Positions 30,123 to 40,732 of a stretch of 64,000 bases of DNA are shown in pieces. A program made the position numbers and the translations under genes. Position 1 is the stretch's first letter, and each line of letters starts with the position of its first letter. The DNA is from Alphaproteobacteria bacterium. Its GTDB lineage: Bacteria > Pseudomonadota > Alphaproteobacteria > RF32 > CAG-239. The notes beneath the pieces were generated by a model. It was not told the DNA's origin, did no database searches, and worked only from the letters and a program-made list of their open reading frames with translations. The stretch lies in NCBI GenBank assembly GCA_015062345.1, contig SUUV01000004.1:8298-72297 (forward strand). Reading direction: 5' to 3'.

Positions 30123-31106
30123 ATGGCTGACAGCAATCAAGTTGTATTGGATTTTGAAAAAAACATTGTTGAAATTGAAGAAAAACTCGAACATCTCAAG
30201 GCTCTTGCAAAAGATGAGGATATTGATATTTTATCCGAAATTAAAAGGCTTGAACAAAAATTGACTAGATCTTTGACCTCAGTTTATCAAAACCTGACAG
30301 CATGGCAAAAAGCACAAATTGCTCGTCACCCTCAAAGACCGCATTGCCTTGATTATATTAATGCGCTGATTGATGATTTTGTGTTGCTTTGCGGCGACAG
30401 AGGTTTTGCCGATGATGAAGCAATGGTGGCCGGAATCGGTAAATTTGATGGTGTTTCGGTTGTGGTTATCGGACAAGAAAAAGGCAACTCAATTGAAACT
30501 CGCATGAAATATAATTTCGGAATGGCCAAGCCTGAAGGCTATCGTAAAGCTCAACGCCTGATGGATATGGCATCTCGTTTTAATATGCCTGTATTGTCGT
30601 TTGTTGACACAGCCGGCGCATATCCCGGAGTCGATGCCGAAGCCAGAGGCCAAGCTGAGGCCATTGCATCTTCCATTGAAAAATGTTTTCAGGTTAAAGC
30701 TCCCATCATTGCAACCGTTATCGGAGAAGGCGGTTCGGGGGGTGCAATTGCCGTTGCAACCGCAAATGTAATTTTGATGTTGGAACATTCAATATATTCG
30801 GTAATTTCGCCTGAAGGTTGTGCTTCCATTTTGTGGCGCAGTGCCGAAAAAACCAAAGAAGCAACCGAAGCGCTTAAATTAACGGCGCAAGATTTAAAAG
30901 CTTTTGGTGTAATTGATGAAATTGTTGCAGAACCCATCGGCGGAGCTCATCGCAATCCGCAAGCCGTGTTCGAAAATTTGCGTAAAGTGTTGCAAAAACA
31001 TATCGGCAATTTGAGTAAATTTGACGGAGAAGAACTCAAAAAACAAAGAACAGATAAGTTTTATGCAATGACTCGTAACTTAGAAAAAAACATTTCCAAA
31101 AAATAA
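30123..31106 (+). CDS. accA: Acetyl-CoA carboxylase carboxyltransferase alpha
   Basis: ARHPQRP, NFGMAKPEGYRKA, DTAGAYPG, GEGGSGGA, VISPEGCASILW. Confidence 0.96.
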   Translation: MADSNQVVLDFEKNIVEIEEKLEHLKALAKDEDIDILSEIKRLEQKLTRSLTSVYQNLTAWQKAQIARHPQRPHCLDYINALIDDFVLLCGDRGFADDEAMVAGIGKFDGVSVVVIGQEKGNSIETRMKYNFGMAKPEGYRKAQRLMDMASRFNMPVLSFVDTAGAYPGVDAEARGQAEAIASSIEKCFQVKAPIIATVIGEGGSGGAIAVATANVILMLEHSIYSVISPEGCASILWRSAEKTKEATEALKLTAQDLKAFGVIDEIVAEPIGGAHRNPQAVFENLRKVLQKHIGNLSKFDGEELKKQRTDKFYAMTRNLEKNISKK

Positions 31107-31423
31107 AATTTGCATTGAACTTATTATGCATCGTATGAAATTTTCGTACGATGTTTTTTATTTATAACAGAAAGCTCGGAAACCGAAGTTTTCGAGCTCA
31201 ATATCGAAATAAATTTCTTATTAGCGAACTAAACATTTTTCTATATATAGCATATTGGTTTTGAATGTCTAGTCGCAACTAAAGAAACAATTACTTATTT
31301 TGTGAGCTGATAAAATCGCAAAAAAACTAAAAAACCAGTTGACTCTTGTGAAAAAAGCTTGTATAACCAAGCCAAACTTAAACGAAATTAACATTAAAAA
31401 GTTTGTTTTATATACACACTCTA

Positions 31424-31465
31424 AGGAGTGCCGCCAGTCAGCGAGGGTTCGCACACTGGCGTGCA
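31424..31465 (+). promoter_or_regulatory. Candidate ffh leader RNA hairpin
   Basis: CGCCAGT-ca-GCGA-gggt-TCGC-ac-ACTGGCG about 40 nt upstream of ffh. An ffh leader motif is known in Alphaproteobacteria; membership is not verified. Confidence 0.5.
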
Positions 31466-31503
31466 ATATGTTATATAGGCCGGCTTTAATACAAGGAAAC
31501 ACA

Positions 31504-32877
31504 ATGTTTGAAACATTAACCGATAAATTAGGTTCTGTCTTTTCAAAAATCACTTCACGAGGTGTTTTAAGCGAAAGTGACATAGACAGTGCTATGCGTG
31601 AAATCCGCATTGCCTTGTTGGAGGCTGATGTTTCTTTGCCTGTGGTTAAAGATTTTATTGCCAAAGTTAAAGACCAAGCTTTAGGTGAAAAAGTTGTTCG
31701 TTCCATTCAGCCGGGGCAAATGGTTGTAAAAATTGTTCACGATGAGTTAGTTAAGCTTTTAGGTGATGAAAGTTGTGCTCTAAACTTAAATGCGGTTTCA
31801 CCTGTTGTGATATTGATGGTTGGTTTGCAAGGTTCAGGTAAAACCACAACATCAGCCAAAATTGCAAACAGATTAAAGAAAAACAAAAAAGTTTTGATGG
31901 CATCATTAGACATATATCGTCCGGCTGCACAAGAACAACTTGAACAACTCGGTAAACAAATCGGCGTTAACACATTGCCGATTGTCAAAGGTCAAAAACC
32001 GCAAGAAATTGCCAGACGAGCTTTACAGGATGCCAAAAACGGTGTTTATGATGTGTTGATATTGGATACGGCCGGTCGTTTGCATATTGATACTGAGCTG
32101 ATGGAAGAAGTTAAAGAAATTAAACAAATTTCTAATCCGTCGGAAGTTTTGCTCGTTGCTGATGCACTTATCGGTCAAGATGCTTGCAATGTGGCCAAAG
32201 AGTTTAATGAACAAATCGGGATTACGGGTTTGGCCTTAACCCGAATTGACGGCTCATCAAGAGCAGGTGCCGCACTTTCAATGAAAATGGTATCGGGTGT
32301 GCCGATTAAGTTTTTGGGTACGGGTGAAAAATTAGACGAGATTGAAGAATTTCATGCCGACAGAATCGCTGGTCGCATATTGGGGCAGGGTGATGTTGTG
32401 TCGTTGGTGGAAAAAGCCATGGAAAAGGTTGATAAGGAAGAAACCGAAAAAATGGCTGCCAAAATGATGAAAGGTCATTTTGATTTAAATGATATGCTAA
32501 GCCAATTAAGGCAGATGCAAAAATTGGGAAGTATGGGAAGCATTATTTCGATGATTCCGGGGCTTTCCAAATTTAAAAATCAGATTGAACAAGCCGGAAT
32601 TGGTGATAATCTGATTAAAAAACAAGAGGCGATTATTCTTTCGATGACTAAAAAAGAAAGAACAAATCCCGATATCATCAAAGCCTCACGCAAAAAAAGA
32701 ATTGCGCTTGGCTCCGGTGTTGAAGTTCATGAGGTAAACAAGTTGCTCAAATCATATGAGCAAATGTCTACCATGATGAAACAAATGGGCAAATTCGGCG
32801 GTATGTCCGGACTTGCACAAATGATGAAAAGAAATCCGATGAACAATATGTTTGGCGGGTTTAACAAACGGTTTTAA
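31504..32877 (+). CDS. ffh: Signal recognition particle protein
   Basis: Start MFETLT; GLQGSGKTT, DTAGR, RILGQGDV, Met-rich M domain. Confidence 0.97.
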   Translation: MFETLTDKLGSVFSKITSRGVLSESDIDSAMREIRIALLEADVSLPVVKDFIAKVKDQALGEKVVRSIQPGQMVVKIVHDELVKLLGDESCALNLNAVSPVVILMVGLQGSGKTTTSAKIANRLKKNKKVLMASLDIYRPAAQEQLEQLGKQIGVNTLPIVKGQKPQEIARRALQDAKNGVYDVLILDTAGRLHIDTELMEEVKEIKQISNPSEVLLVADALIGQDACNVAKEFNEQIGITGLALTRIDGSSRAGAALSMKMVSGVPIKFLGTGEKLDEIEEFHADRIAGRILGQGDVVSLVEKAMEKVDKEETEKMAAKMMKGHFDLNDMLSQLRQMQKLGSMGSIISMIPGLSKFKNQIEQAGIGDNLIKKQEAIILSMTKKERTNPDIIKASRKKRIALGSGVEVHEVNKLLKSYEQMSTMMKQMGKFGGMSGLAQMMKRNPMNNMFGGFNKRF

Positions 32878-32939
32878 GGCTTTGCCATAAGGCTTAAAAC
32901 TATTAAGTGTTTTAATTTTATTAGAAAGGAAAAAATAAA

Positions 32940-33317
32940 ATGGCAGTTCGTATCAGACTTTCAAGAGGCGGTTCAAAAAAGCGTCCGTTCTATCGCATTG
33001 TTGCTGCTGATCAACGCGCACCTCGTGATGGTAGATTTATTGAAAAATTGGGAACATACAATCCGTTGTTGCCTAAAGAACACGCAGAGCGTTTGGTTGT
33101 TGATACCGAAAAAGTAGCAAAATGGCTCAAAAACGGTGCTCAACCGACAGAAAGATTGCAAAAATTGTTTGCCGGTCTCGGACTTTGCGAAGCTCCGGTT
33201 ATTCGTGAACAAACCAAAAAATCTGCTCCTCGTGCTAAAACCGTTGAGAGAATGAAAGAAAAAGAAGAAAAAGCAAGAGCCGCTGCCGAAGCTGCTGCCG
33301 CTGCTCAAGCTGAATAA
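32940..33317 (+). CDS. rpsP: 30S ribosomal protein S16
   Basis: [32 protein letters not shown]. Confidence 0.97.
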   Translation: MAVRIRLSRGGSKKRPFYRIVAADQRAPRDGRFIEKLGTYNPLLPKEHAERLVVDTEKVAKWLKNGAQPTERLQKLFAGLGLCEAPVIREQTKKSAPRAKTVERMKEKEEKARAAAEAAAAAQAE

Positions 33318-33347
33318 TTTTTATTTTGTTATTAAGAAGGCTACTTT

Positions 33348-33905
33348 ATGAAGGCAGAAAATTCAAAAGAACGAGTTTGTTTAGGCGCTATTGTAGGTGT
33401 ACACGGCATCAGAGGTGAAGTTAAGGTTAAAAGCTTTACCGCTGATGATACGGATATTGATGCTTATGGTGTGCTTGAAAACAAAGACGGTTCAAAATCT
33501 TTTGCCTTGAAAGTTGTAGGACGCAGTAAGGAATTGTTGCGTTGTAAAATAAAGGGCATAATTGACAGGAATGAAGCCGAAAATCTGATTGGTACAGAAC
33601 TTTATGTTAACCGAGAAGTGTTGCCCGAACTTGATGAGGAAGAATATTATCTTACGGATTTAATAGGTCTTAAGGTGTTTGAAAAATCTTCTGAAATTGA
33701 GGTCGGAACGGTTGCCGGAGTGTATAATTTTGGGGCGGGAGACATTTTGGAAATCAAACTGATTGAAACAGGTAAGTTAGAGATGATTCCGTTTACCAAA
33801 GAATATGTTCCCGAAATTGAGCTCACAAAAGGTTATATAAGTGTTACATCAACATTTATGAACTATGCCGCAGATGATGAAAAGGACGAAAGTGATGAAG
33901 GTTAA
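33348..33905 (+). CDS. rimM: Ribosome maturation factor RimM
   Basis: GVHGIRGEV, YYLTDLIG, NFGAGDILE, IPFT; operon position. Confidence 0.93.
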   Translation: MKAENSKERVCLGAIVGVHGIRGEVKVKSFTADDTDIDAYGVLENKDGSKSFALKVVGRSKELLRCKIKGIIDRNEAENLIGTELYVNREVLPELDEEEYYLTDLIGLKVFEKSSEIEVGTVAGVYNFGAGDILEIKLIETGKLEMIPFTKEYVPEIELTKGYISVTSTFMNYAADDEKDESDEG

Positions 33906-34584
33906 GTTTTTAACACTTTATCCTGAAATTTTCCCCGGTTTTTTGGGATATTCCGTTACCGGAAAAGCCTTAAGCGAGGGCAAATGGTCGTTTGAAACGG
34001 TCAATATAAGAGATTATGCTTTTGATAAATATGGGTCTGTTGATGACACGCCTTGCGGAGGCGGAGCCGGAATGGTTATGAGAGCTGATGTGTTAGGAGC
34101 TGCAATAAAAGCAAATTACACATCAGGAAAGCTGATATATATGAGCCCGAGAGGAAAACCTCTTACTCAAGAAAAGGTACATCAGTTGGCAAATGAGCCC
34201 GAACTTACCATTATATGCGGTCGCTTTGAAGGTGTTGACCAAAGGGTTTTGGAAGCCTACCAAGCAGAAGAAATCAGCATTGGTGATTATGTCCTCACAG
34301 GTGGTGAGCAAGCAGCAATGATAATGTTAGACAGCATTATAAGGTTGTTGCCTGATGTTTTGGGAAACTCACAATCTTATCAAGATGAGAGTTTTGAAAA
34401 CTGTTTGCTTGAATATCCGCAATATACTCGCCCGATTGAGTGGGAGGGAAGAAGTGTTCCTGAGGTGTTGTTAAGCGGTCACCATAAAAACATTGAAAAT
34501 TGGCGTAAAGAGCAGTCTTTAAAAATAACAAAAGAAAACAGACCTGACCTTTTGAAAAAATATCTTGATTTACAAAAGGTTTAG
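33895..34584 (+). CDS. trmD: tRNA (guanine-N1)-methyltransferase
   Basis: DDTPCGGGAGM, SPRG, CGRFEGVDQR, SIGDYVLTGGE, LEYPQYTRP. Confidence 0.96.
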   Translation: MKVKFLTLYPEIFPGFLGYSVTGKALSEGKWSFETVNIRDYAFDKYGSVDDTPCGGGAGMVMRADVLGAAIKANYTSGKLIYMSPRGKPLTQEKVHQLANEPELTIICGRFEGVDQRVLEAYQAEEISIGDYVLTGGEQAAMIMLDSIIRLLPDVLGNSQSYQDESFENCLLEYPQYTRPIEWEGRSVPEVLLSGHHKNIENWRKEQSLKITKENRPDLLKKYLDLQKV

Positions 34585-34623
34585 GTATATAAGATAACAA
34601 AATTTTTTATAAGGGTAAAACTG

Positions 34624-35013
34624 ATGAATATAATTGAAAATTTAGAACAAGAGCAAATTGCAAAGCTCACCGAAGGTAAAAACCTTCCTGATTTTAAAGC
34701 CGGCGATACCTTAAAAGTTCATACAAAGGTTAAAGAAGGCGACCGTGAACGCATTCAGGTTTACGAAGGTGTTTGTATTGCTCGTAAAAATGATGGCTTA
34801 AACTCATCTTTCACTGTTAGAAAAATTTCTTTCGGTGAAGGTGTAGAACGCGTATTTCCGCTTTATTCACCAAATGTAGCAAAAATTGAAGTTGCTCGTA
34901 TCGGTAAAGTTCGCCGTGCAAAACTTTATTTCTTGCGTGCATTGCGTGGTCGTTCAGCTCGTATTGCCGACGATTTGTCAGCAAGAGCAAAAGCAAACTC
35001 AGATAAAGCATAA
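34624..35013 (+). CDS. rplS: 50S ribosomal protein L19
   Basis: [39 protein letters not shown]. Confidence 0.97.
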   Translation: MNIIENLEQEQIAKLTEGKNLPDFKAGDTLKVHTKVKEGDRERIQVYEGVCIARKNDGLNSSFTVRKISFGEGVERVFPLYSPNVAKIEVARIGKVRRAKLYFLRALRGRSARIADDLSARAKANSDKA

Positions 35014-35034
35014 GTTTTAGTTTGCATAAAAAAC

Positions 35035-35072
35035 AAACCCCTTGCTTGGCTGATTGTCAGGCGAGGGGTTTT
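35035..35072. terminator. Hairpin terminator between rplS and paralog 3
   Basis: AAACCCCTTGCTTGGC...GTCAGGCGAGGGGTTT. Confidence 0.7.
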
Positions 35073-35092
35073 AGGTTTGAAAATATGTTTAA

Positions 35093-35572
35093 CTAAAAAG
35101 TAACAGAGAAAGTGACTGTGCCACTATAAGCTCCTGAAGGTGCAGATGCGGGTATTGTTAATATTCCACCAATATTCTCACTACCATCACCAATCCATAT
35201 TTCACCGGAAAGTGTGGGTGATCCTTCACCGGTATCTTCTCCATAAAGTGTAAAATCAACCTGCTTATCTTCAGAAAAATAACTGAAACCAGAAGGAAAA
35301 CGACACTCAAACCTAGTATTATCATATGGAAGACTAATACCGTCAGATAGAGTTGTTTCACCTGAATATTGGTCTACTTGTATTGTTTGTTCTCCCTGTG
35401 CTGAAGCGCTTCTAAGTATAGTTCCGAATTCAGCATCACAATTAAACTCATAGGTATCCATAATAAAAGCTTCGACATTAACGGTAGCATTACCCATAGC
35501 ATCAGCATATGTCTTATTTGTGATAACTGAAATCATCAAAGCCACAGCTGATAAAAGAAAATATTTTCTCAT
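35093..35572 (-). CDS. Secreted pilin-like protein (DUF4402/Csu-like), paralog 3
   Basis: MRKYFLLSAVAL signal; C.AEFGTI; IGGILTIPAS.PSGAYSGTVTFSVTF. Confidence 0.75.
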   Translation of the reverse strand: MRKYFLLSAVALMISVITNKTYADAMGNATVNVEAFIMDTYEFNCDAEFGTILRSASAQGEQTIQVDQYSGETTLSDGISLPYDNTRFECRFPSGFSYFSEDKQVDFTLYGEDTGEGSPTLSGEIWIGDGSENIGGILTIPASAPSGAYSGTVTFSVTF

Positions 35573-35713
35573 AATTTTATTCCTTTACAAAAATTAAGTT
35601 TAAGTACATTTGAAAGGTGCAAAAATTTACCTTTCACATCACATCATAAACCGTTTTTTTTTTTTGCAAGTAAAAAGAGTCGTTTAAAGAATTTAAATCA
35701 AAAATGAGGTAAG
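35555..35713 (-). promoter_or_regulatory. Conserved upstream module, copy 3 (T12 at 35654..35665)
   Basis: Near-identical to copy 1. Confidence 0.9.
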
Positions 35714-35793
35714 AGAATAAAACAAACAATGTCATGCCTATTTTTTGCGTTAGCAAAAAATTCAAGTAACTGTATTAAAAGTCAAACAAAAAA

Positions 35794-35889
35794 TTAAAAA
35801 TTTTTCACAATAGAGTTAGCATAGCAAAGAAGTTTACGCATACAAGCAACAATAGCAACTTTAGAAGGTTTACCTTCTGCTTTTAGCCT
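35794..35889 (-). mobile_element. IS110-family transposase C-terminal remnant
   Basis: RLKAEGKPSKVAIVACMRKLL...NSIVK* matches the typical IS110 C-terminal helix; the rest of the gene is missing. Confidence 0.7.
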
Positions 35890-36076
35890 TAACATTCCGG
35901 CATCAATCAAAGAATGGGGTGTTTCTAAAGAAGATTTTGCCAAAGCCATGGAAGAACTTCCTACCCTTGCATTTGATGACCAATGCACCGGATCTAACCC
36001 TCGCTATCCGCTAATTGAAGAAATTGAAAAACTTTATTGGTACGCATATGAGGGCGATTATAACTTCAATATTTAA
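35888..36076 (+). pseudogene. adhE: 3' remnant of adhE-type aldehyde/alcohol dehydrogenase
   Basis: Frame LNIPASIKEWGVSKEDF...AFDDQCTGSNPRYPLIEEI...YAYEG* has the AdhE C-terminal signature. No start; followed by its terminator (36089..36118). Confidence 0.8.
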
Positions 36077-36121
36077 ACTTTTATGTACAAACCCCTCACA
36101 AAAATTTGTGAGGGGTTTAAT

Positions 36122-36520
36122 TTATTCTTCGTCAACTTTGACATATTCTCTTACAAGAGATTGTAGACCTTCAAGATCATTGAGACATTTTTGTTTAGTT
36201 TCAACAACCTTAAACGATGAGAAATAATGTTGGTAGCCATCTTTGTTAATGGTAAACTCAATTATATCTCCTGCGACAAGAGCGCCAACTTTACCTACCG
36301 CACCGCAATATGAATCGTGGGATATGTAGGATTTTGCATCTCTTACGGAAAATGCTACTTTATGCAAATAGTCATCAAACACCACTTTTCTTGTTTTGTT
36401 TGTTCCTATCTCACAATAAGAGAATTCCTTTACCAACACAAGCAATGTCGGGAATGGTCCGCCGGTTACATTGACAACTTTTGCCTTGACAACCGCCTTA
36501 GAAATTTCAACACTTTTCAT
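36122..36520 (-). CDS. Hypothetical protein
   Basis: ~132 aa beta-rich ORF coupled to the upstream ORF. Confidence 0.55.
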   Translation of the reverse strand: MKSVEISKAVVKAKVVNVTGGPFPTLLVLVKEFSYCEIGTNKTRKVVFDDYLHKVAFSVRDAKSYISHDSYCGAVGKVGALVAGDIIEFTINKDGYQHYFSSFKVVETKQKCLNDLEGLQSLVREYVKVDEE

Positions 36521-36842
36521 AATATTTATCTGGCAACACACTACCTAAATTACGCGTAATGTTTTTGAAACAGATAATTTTTCCGGTATAAAACCCTGAT
36601 TCTGTTTCAACATCAAGTTCAACATAATCTCCGATAGAAGATAGTGCAATATGTGATGTTTGTCTTCTTATAATCTGTGCACCAATATTTTTTTGCGAAA
36701 GAATTGGAGTTGAAAAATAAAATTCCTCATAACCTTTATCTGTTTCTATCATGATTAATGTCGTAATTTCTCTTACGGAAGTAATCACAACCGGTTGGAC
36801 GACAACTTTTCCGGTAATTCTGATTGGTCTTATAGATTTCAT
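36507..36842 (-). CDS. Hypothetical protein
   Basis: 111 aa beta-rich ORF downstream of rpsI. Confidence 0.55.
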   Translation of the reverse strand: MKSIRPIRITGKVVVQPVVITSVREITTLIMIETDKGYEEFYFSTPILSQKNIGAQIIRRQTSHIALSSIGDYVELDVETESGFYTGKIICFKNITRNLGSVLPDKYYEKC

Positions 36843-36980
36843 AATACATATTTTTAATTATTTAACATCATAATTTTCATCTGTGTAGAATTATAAAACT
36901 TTGTCAACTAAAAGTAAAGTATTAAATACAAAAAAGGTTGCAATTTCTTGCAACCTTTGAAGTTTCCAAAACAACAAATA

Positions 36981-37460
36981 CTAACGCTTTGAGAATTGGT
37001 ATGAACGACGAGCTTTTGCTTTACCATATTTTTTGCGTTCAACAACACGATCATCACGTGTTAAGAAACCGGCTTGTTTCAAAACAGAGCGAAGTTCGGG
37101 CTCATATTCATTCAAAGCTTTTGAAATACCGTGTTTGATAGCGCCGGCTTGACCTGACAAACCACCGCCTTTAACTGTACATACAACATCAAACTCGTTT
37201 ACACGATTGGTAATTTCAAACGGTTGATTGATAATCATCTTCAACACCGGACGAGCAAAGTATGTATCAATATTTTTATCATTTACGGTAATGTTACCTT
37301 TACCCGGCATAATCCATACACGAGCAACAGCATCTTTTCTTTTACCGGTTGCATATGAACGACCAAGCTTGTCTTTGTTGGCTTTGCGAGTAACACTGAT
37401 TTCAGCTTTGGTTGTTGTTGCAGATTTAATTTCTTGCAAAGATTCTAATTTCTTAGCCAT
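36981..37460 (-). CDS. rpsI: 30S ribosomal protein S9
   Basis: [38 protein letters not shown]. Confidence 0.97.
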   Translation of the reverse strand: MAKKLESLQEIKSATTTKAEISVTRKANKDKLGRSYATGKRKDAVARVWIMPGKGNITVNDKNIDTYFARPVLKMIINQPFEITNRVNEFDVVCTVKGGGLSGQAGAIKHGISKALNEYEPELRSVLKQAGFLTRDDRVVERKKYGKAKARRSYQFSKR

Positions 37461-37927
37461 TATAATGCACTCCTTTTATTTTTGGGGTTTTTAGATGCAA
37501 TGTCCAAAACTTCCGGATTTTGCGCAGAGTGAGGATGATTTTCACCGGCATAAACTTTGAGTTTTGTCATTTGTTGACGACCCATCGGATTGCGAGAAAT
37601 CATGCGTTCAACAGCTTTTTCAACAACTCTTTCAGGGAAACGACCTTCTAAGATTTTGCCGGCTGTTGTTTCTTTGATACCGCCAATCCAACCTGTGTGT
37701 TTGAAATATTTTTTATCGGTTAATTTTTTACCTGTTAATCTGACTTTGTCAGCGTTAACAACAACTACATAGTCACCACAGTCAAGGTTTGGAACAAAGT
37801 ATGGCTTGTGTTTACCGCGCAAAATTTTTGCAATTTCGGCAGCAAGACGACCCAATACAACACCTTGTGCGTCAACTACATACCATTTTCTCTCAATGTC
37901 TGAGGGTTTGGTTGCATATGTGTTCAT
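37460..37927 (-). CDS. rplM: 50S ribosomal protein L13
   Basis: [35 protein letters not shown]. Confidence 0.97.
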   Translation of the reverse strand: MNTYATKPSDIERKWYVVDAQGVVLGRLAAEIAKILRGKHKPYFVPNLDCGDYVVVVNADKVRLTGKKLTDKKYFKHTGWIGGIKETTAGKILEGRFPERVVEKAVERMISRNPMGRQQMTKLKVYAGENHPHSAQNPEVLDIASKNPKNKRSAL

Positions 37928-38245
37928 CTTTTTCTCTTTCTAAAAAATTGTTATTAAATTCTCGTCCAATATACATATTTTTTTTTGCTTGTCAACAAGA
38001 AAAAACACCGTATATTCAACACATTATCAAGCGGTATCACAATACCGTTTGTTAATCTGTTGATTTTATGACATTTTACCTATTTTTCACAAAAAAAGAA
38101 AATTGAAAATTATTTTTTTGTAAACAATATCAATTTTCTTTCCTTCTTTACTTTATTCAGCTAAATTGTTATTAGCCGTTTTTTTAAAAGTACAACCCGA
38201 TACAAATTTATTCTATATACCGGTAGCCTTTCTATTCTATATTAT

Positions 38246-40600
38246 TTATCTGTTATCATATCCGTCACATTTGCACTTGTTGGTAGATACAGTTGTGTCT
38301 TGTTGCTCAGAATTCGATGAATTATTGCCCTGTTTAATCTCTGTTATATTACTGCTTTGATGTTCTGAAAGCTTATTACGGACAATATCTAATCTAGAAG
38401 GGAATCGTGTGTTTATAATTTGGTCTGTGTCATTCATTATATTTTGTACTCGTGGATCTATGCGTAATTTTCCACCCAAGCTTGTCCATATATCCTTAAT
38501 TATACCTTTTTTATCTTCGTTTATATTTGAAGCAATAAATTTCATAAAGTCTTTTAAGCCTGTTTCATTATTATTTTTTAATTCGCGATTAAAAAACATA
38601 TTAAACGGCATTGCTTCAAATTTATCACTGAAAAATCCGGCTTTCGTAAAAGGGCTTGCGCCGTTATTTAAAGCTAAAACAACACCCTCTTTTTCTTTAT
38701 ACCACAACATTTCATTTAAAAATGTTGTATGGGAACCATCAGAATGATGGTAAGAAGCTTCACATAAAAACTTTTCGTTAAATTCGTATACTTTTGGATT
38801 TTTAGGATAGTCAACTTCAATCCCTCTTTTTCTGTATGAGATTAAATTCATTGGGCTCTTTAATGATAATTTTACTCCTCTGTTAGCCAGTTCGTCTAAT
38901 AATTCATCTGATTGTATGTTTATTTTAGAAAAATCTGTTTTAGCAATATCATTAAAAATGCCATTAAAATTATGGATTTTATCTTTGTGCTCAATCAGAA
39001 ATTCACCTAAAGATACAATATTTCCGCCTACTTCTGCAAATTTTTTGACATTGATTTTATCAAGTAAATTTATAATTACTTTCGGCACACCATAATCTGA
39101 ACGAGCCTGCATCAGATAAGCAAGACTCATATTTATCGTTTCATCATTAAATTTAATTTTATCGGGGAATCTGTTGATTAGTGCAGCATATGTTTGAACA
39201 AAGTCAAAATTTCCTATCAGTTCTTTAGAATCAATAGGAAAGAGAGCGGTAAGATATTTCATAGCTATATCGATTTGAGACAGATTTTTATCTGCGCATA
39301 ATAGTCCGGATATTGTTTTAGTTTTCTCTTTGTTCGATTTAAATGTCAAAAAATGAACTTTTTGAGCATCGCTTTCATTAAACAACCCATCTCTAATTAA
39401 CCACCCTAGTTCTTCATTTAGAAACGGCACATCTCCTTTTAAATAAAAAATATCTTTTATTGCCTGATTTCTCATTATATCCCTATTGCTTTTTAATTCA
39501 TGAACTTGCTCATCATTTAAGCAATCATTTTGATAAAAATACAACAAAGCATCTGTTCTGTATGCATGTCCCCGATTTCCTATGTCAGGTCCTACAGTAT
39601 CTAAAATGCGTTTACAGGCTTCTTTAGTGTTTTCAGGATAATGCATAAAATACCAATATAGCTTTTCTAAATTTTCCTTTGAAAATGTATTTAGACGCTC
39701 CTTAAATTGCGATGATGATATAACAGTTTGTAAGCAATCTTCCGAACAAGGGTTTTGCAAACTAGATTCTATGCTTATATGGGATTTAAGTATAAATTCA
39801 AGCATAGAATCAGCATATGTCATACCATTACTAAGCAATATCAGAGGTGAACCTGTTATTTTTTCACATTCTTTTTGTAACTCTAAAACATCGTCTGACG
39901 ATAAAGTTGGATTAAGCCTTAATAAGTAGTCAGCATCTCTTAAAACCAATTTATCTGGTAATGTATCCTTATATTTTTTATGTTGTTCAAAATCTTTTTT
40001 ATATGTGTTGCCATTATTTCTGTAAGGGATATAATCATCATCCGGTATTAAAGAATTTAATAATTTCAAACGCTCTTTGGGAAGATTTATATCATTTTGC
40101 TTTTCAAAATCTGAATACAGATTACTAATTTTATGTTTATATGTTTTCGGAAAATATTTTTGAAGATATCTAAGTGTATCAACAGCTTCAGGAACAGTTA
40201 AATCAGCTTCATATATATAATGATTGATGATAAGATTTGCTACATTTTTGGCATGCGCACCATCTGATGATATATAATTAGCGGAAAAACCTTCAACATC
40301 ATCTCTTATTTCATAAGGCATTTCATTGGTAGGAATTGCATAATTATCGTACCATACATCATCATTTTTGTTAAGAATATTTTCGCTGATACCAAATTTT
40401 AAAAAATAATGTTTATCTTCTTGAGATAATTCTTTTCTTCCTAAAGCAAAAAGATTTTTAAAAAATTCTTCTCTTACAGAATCGTTATCAAGCACAAATT
40501 GATTAAAATCTAACGATATTTCTGTTTCTAATTTTTGTTTTTTCTCTATACTAGAAAGACTAGCACTACTTGAAGTTTTAAAACGCCATCCATCAGCCAT
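38246..40600 (-). CDS. Large hypothetical helical protein (784 aa), AT-rich island
   Basis: Long ORF with no signal peptide; low-complexity C-terminal tail. Confidence 0.7.
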   Translation of the reverse strand: MADGWRFKTSSSASLSSIEKKQKLETEISLDFNQFVLDNDSVREEFFKNLFALGRKELSQEDKHYFLKFGISENILNKNDDVWYDNYAIPTNEMPYEIRDDVEGFSANYISSDGAHAKNVANLIINHYIYEADLTVPEAVDTLRYLQKYFPKTYKHKISNLYSDFEKQNDINLPKERLKLLNSLIPDDDYIPYRNNGNTYKKDFEQHKKYKDTLPDKLVLRDADYLLRLNPTLSSDDVLELQKECEKITGSPLILLSNGMTYADSMLEFILKSHISIESSLQNPCSEDCLQTVISSSQFKERLNTFSKENLEKLYWYFMHYPENTKEACKRILDTVGPDIGNRGHAYRTDALLYFYQNDCLNDEQVHELKSNRDIMRNQAIKDIFYLKGDVPFLNEELGWLIRDGLFNESDAQKVHFLTFKSNKEKTKTISGLLCADKNLSQIDIAMKYLTALFPIDSKELIGNFDFVQTYAALINRFPDKIKFNDETINMSLAYLMQARSDYGVPKVIINLLDKINVKKFAEVGGNIVSLGEFLIEHKDKIHNFNGIFNDIAKTDFSKINIQSDELLDELANRGVKLSLKSPMNLISYRKRGIEVDYPKNPKVYEFNEKFLCEASYHHSDGSHTTFLNEMLWYKEKEGVVLALNNGASPFTKAGFFSDKFEAMPFNMFFNRELKNNNETGLKDFMKFIASNINEDKKGIIKDIWTSLGGKLRIDPRVQNIMNDTDQIINTRFPSRLDIVRNKLSEHQSSNITEIKQGNNSSNSEQQDTTVSTNKCKCDGYDNR

Positions 40601-40732
40601 TTTCTTTATCCTTAGTTTTTATGCCTTCAAAAACTCGTCTAATTTTTGATTAAAAATTGACTGTTACAAAGCAACCAATGCACCTGATTTTCTATGACTA
40701 TATCTTATGATATGTCTACTCAATTTTTTTTA

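Noticed and set aside
31269-31706. 145 aa minus-strand ORF, and the 55 aa N-terminal extension of ffh from 31339
   Set aside because: The first is an antisense shadow of ffh; the extension covers the promoter/leader region, and Ffh homology starts at 31504.
35794-35988. 64 aa ORF as a real small gene
   Set aside because: It is a chimera of the antisense adhE remnant and the IS110 tail.
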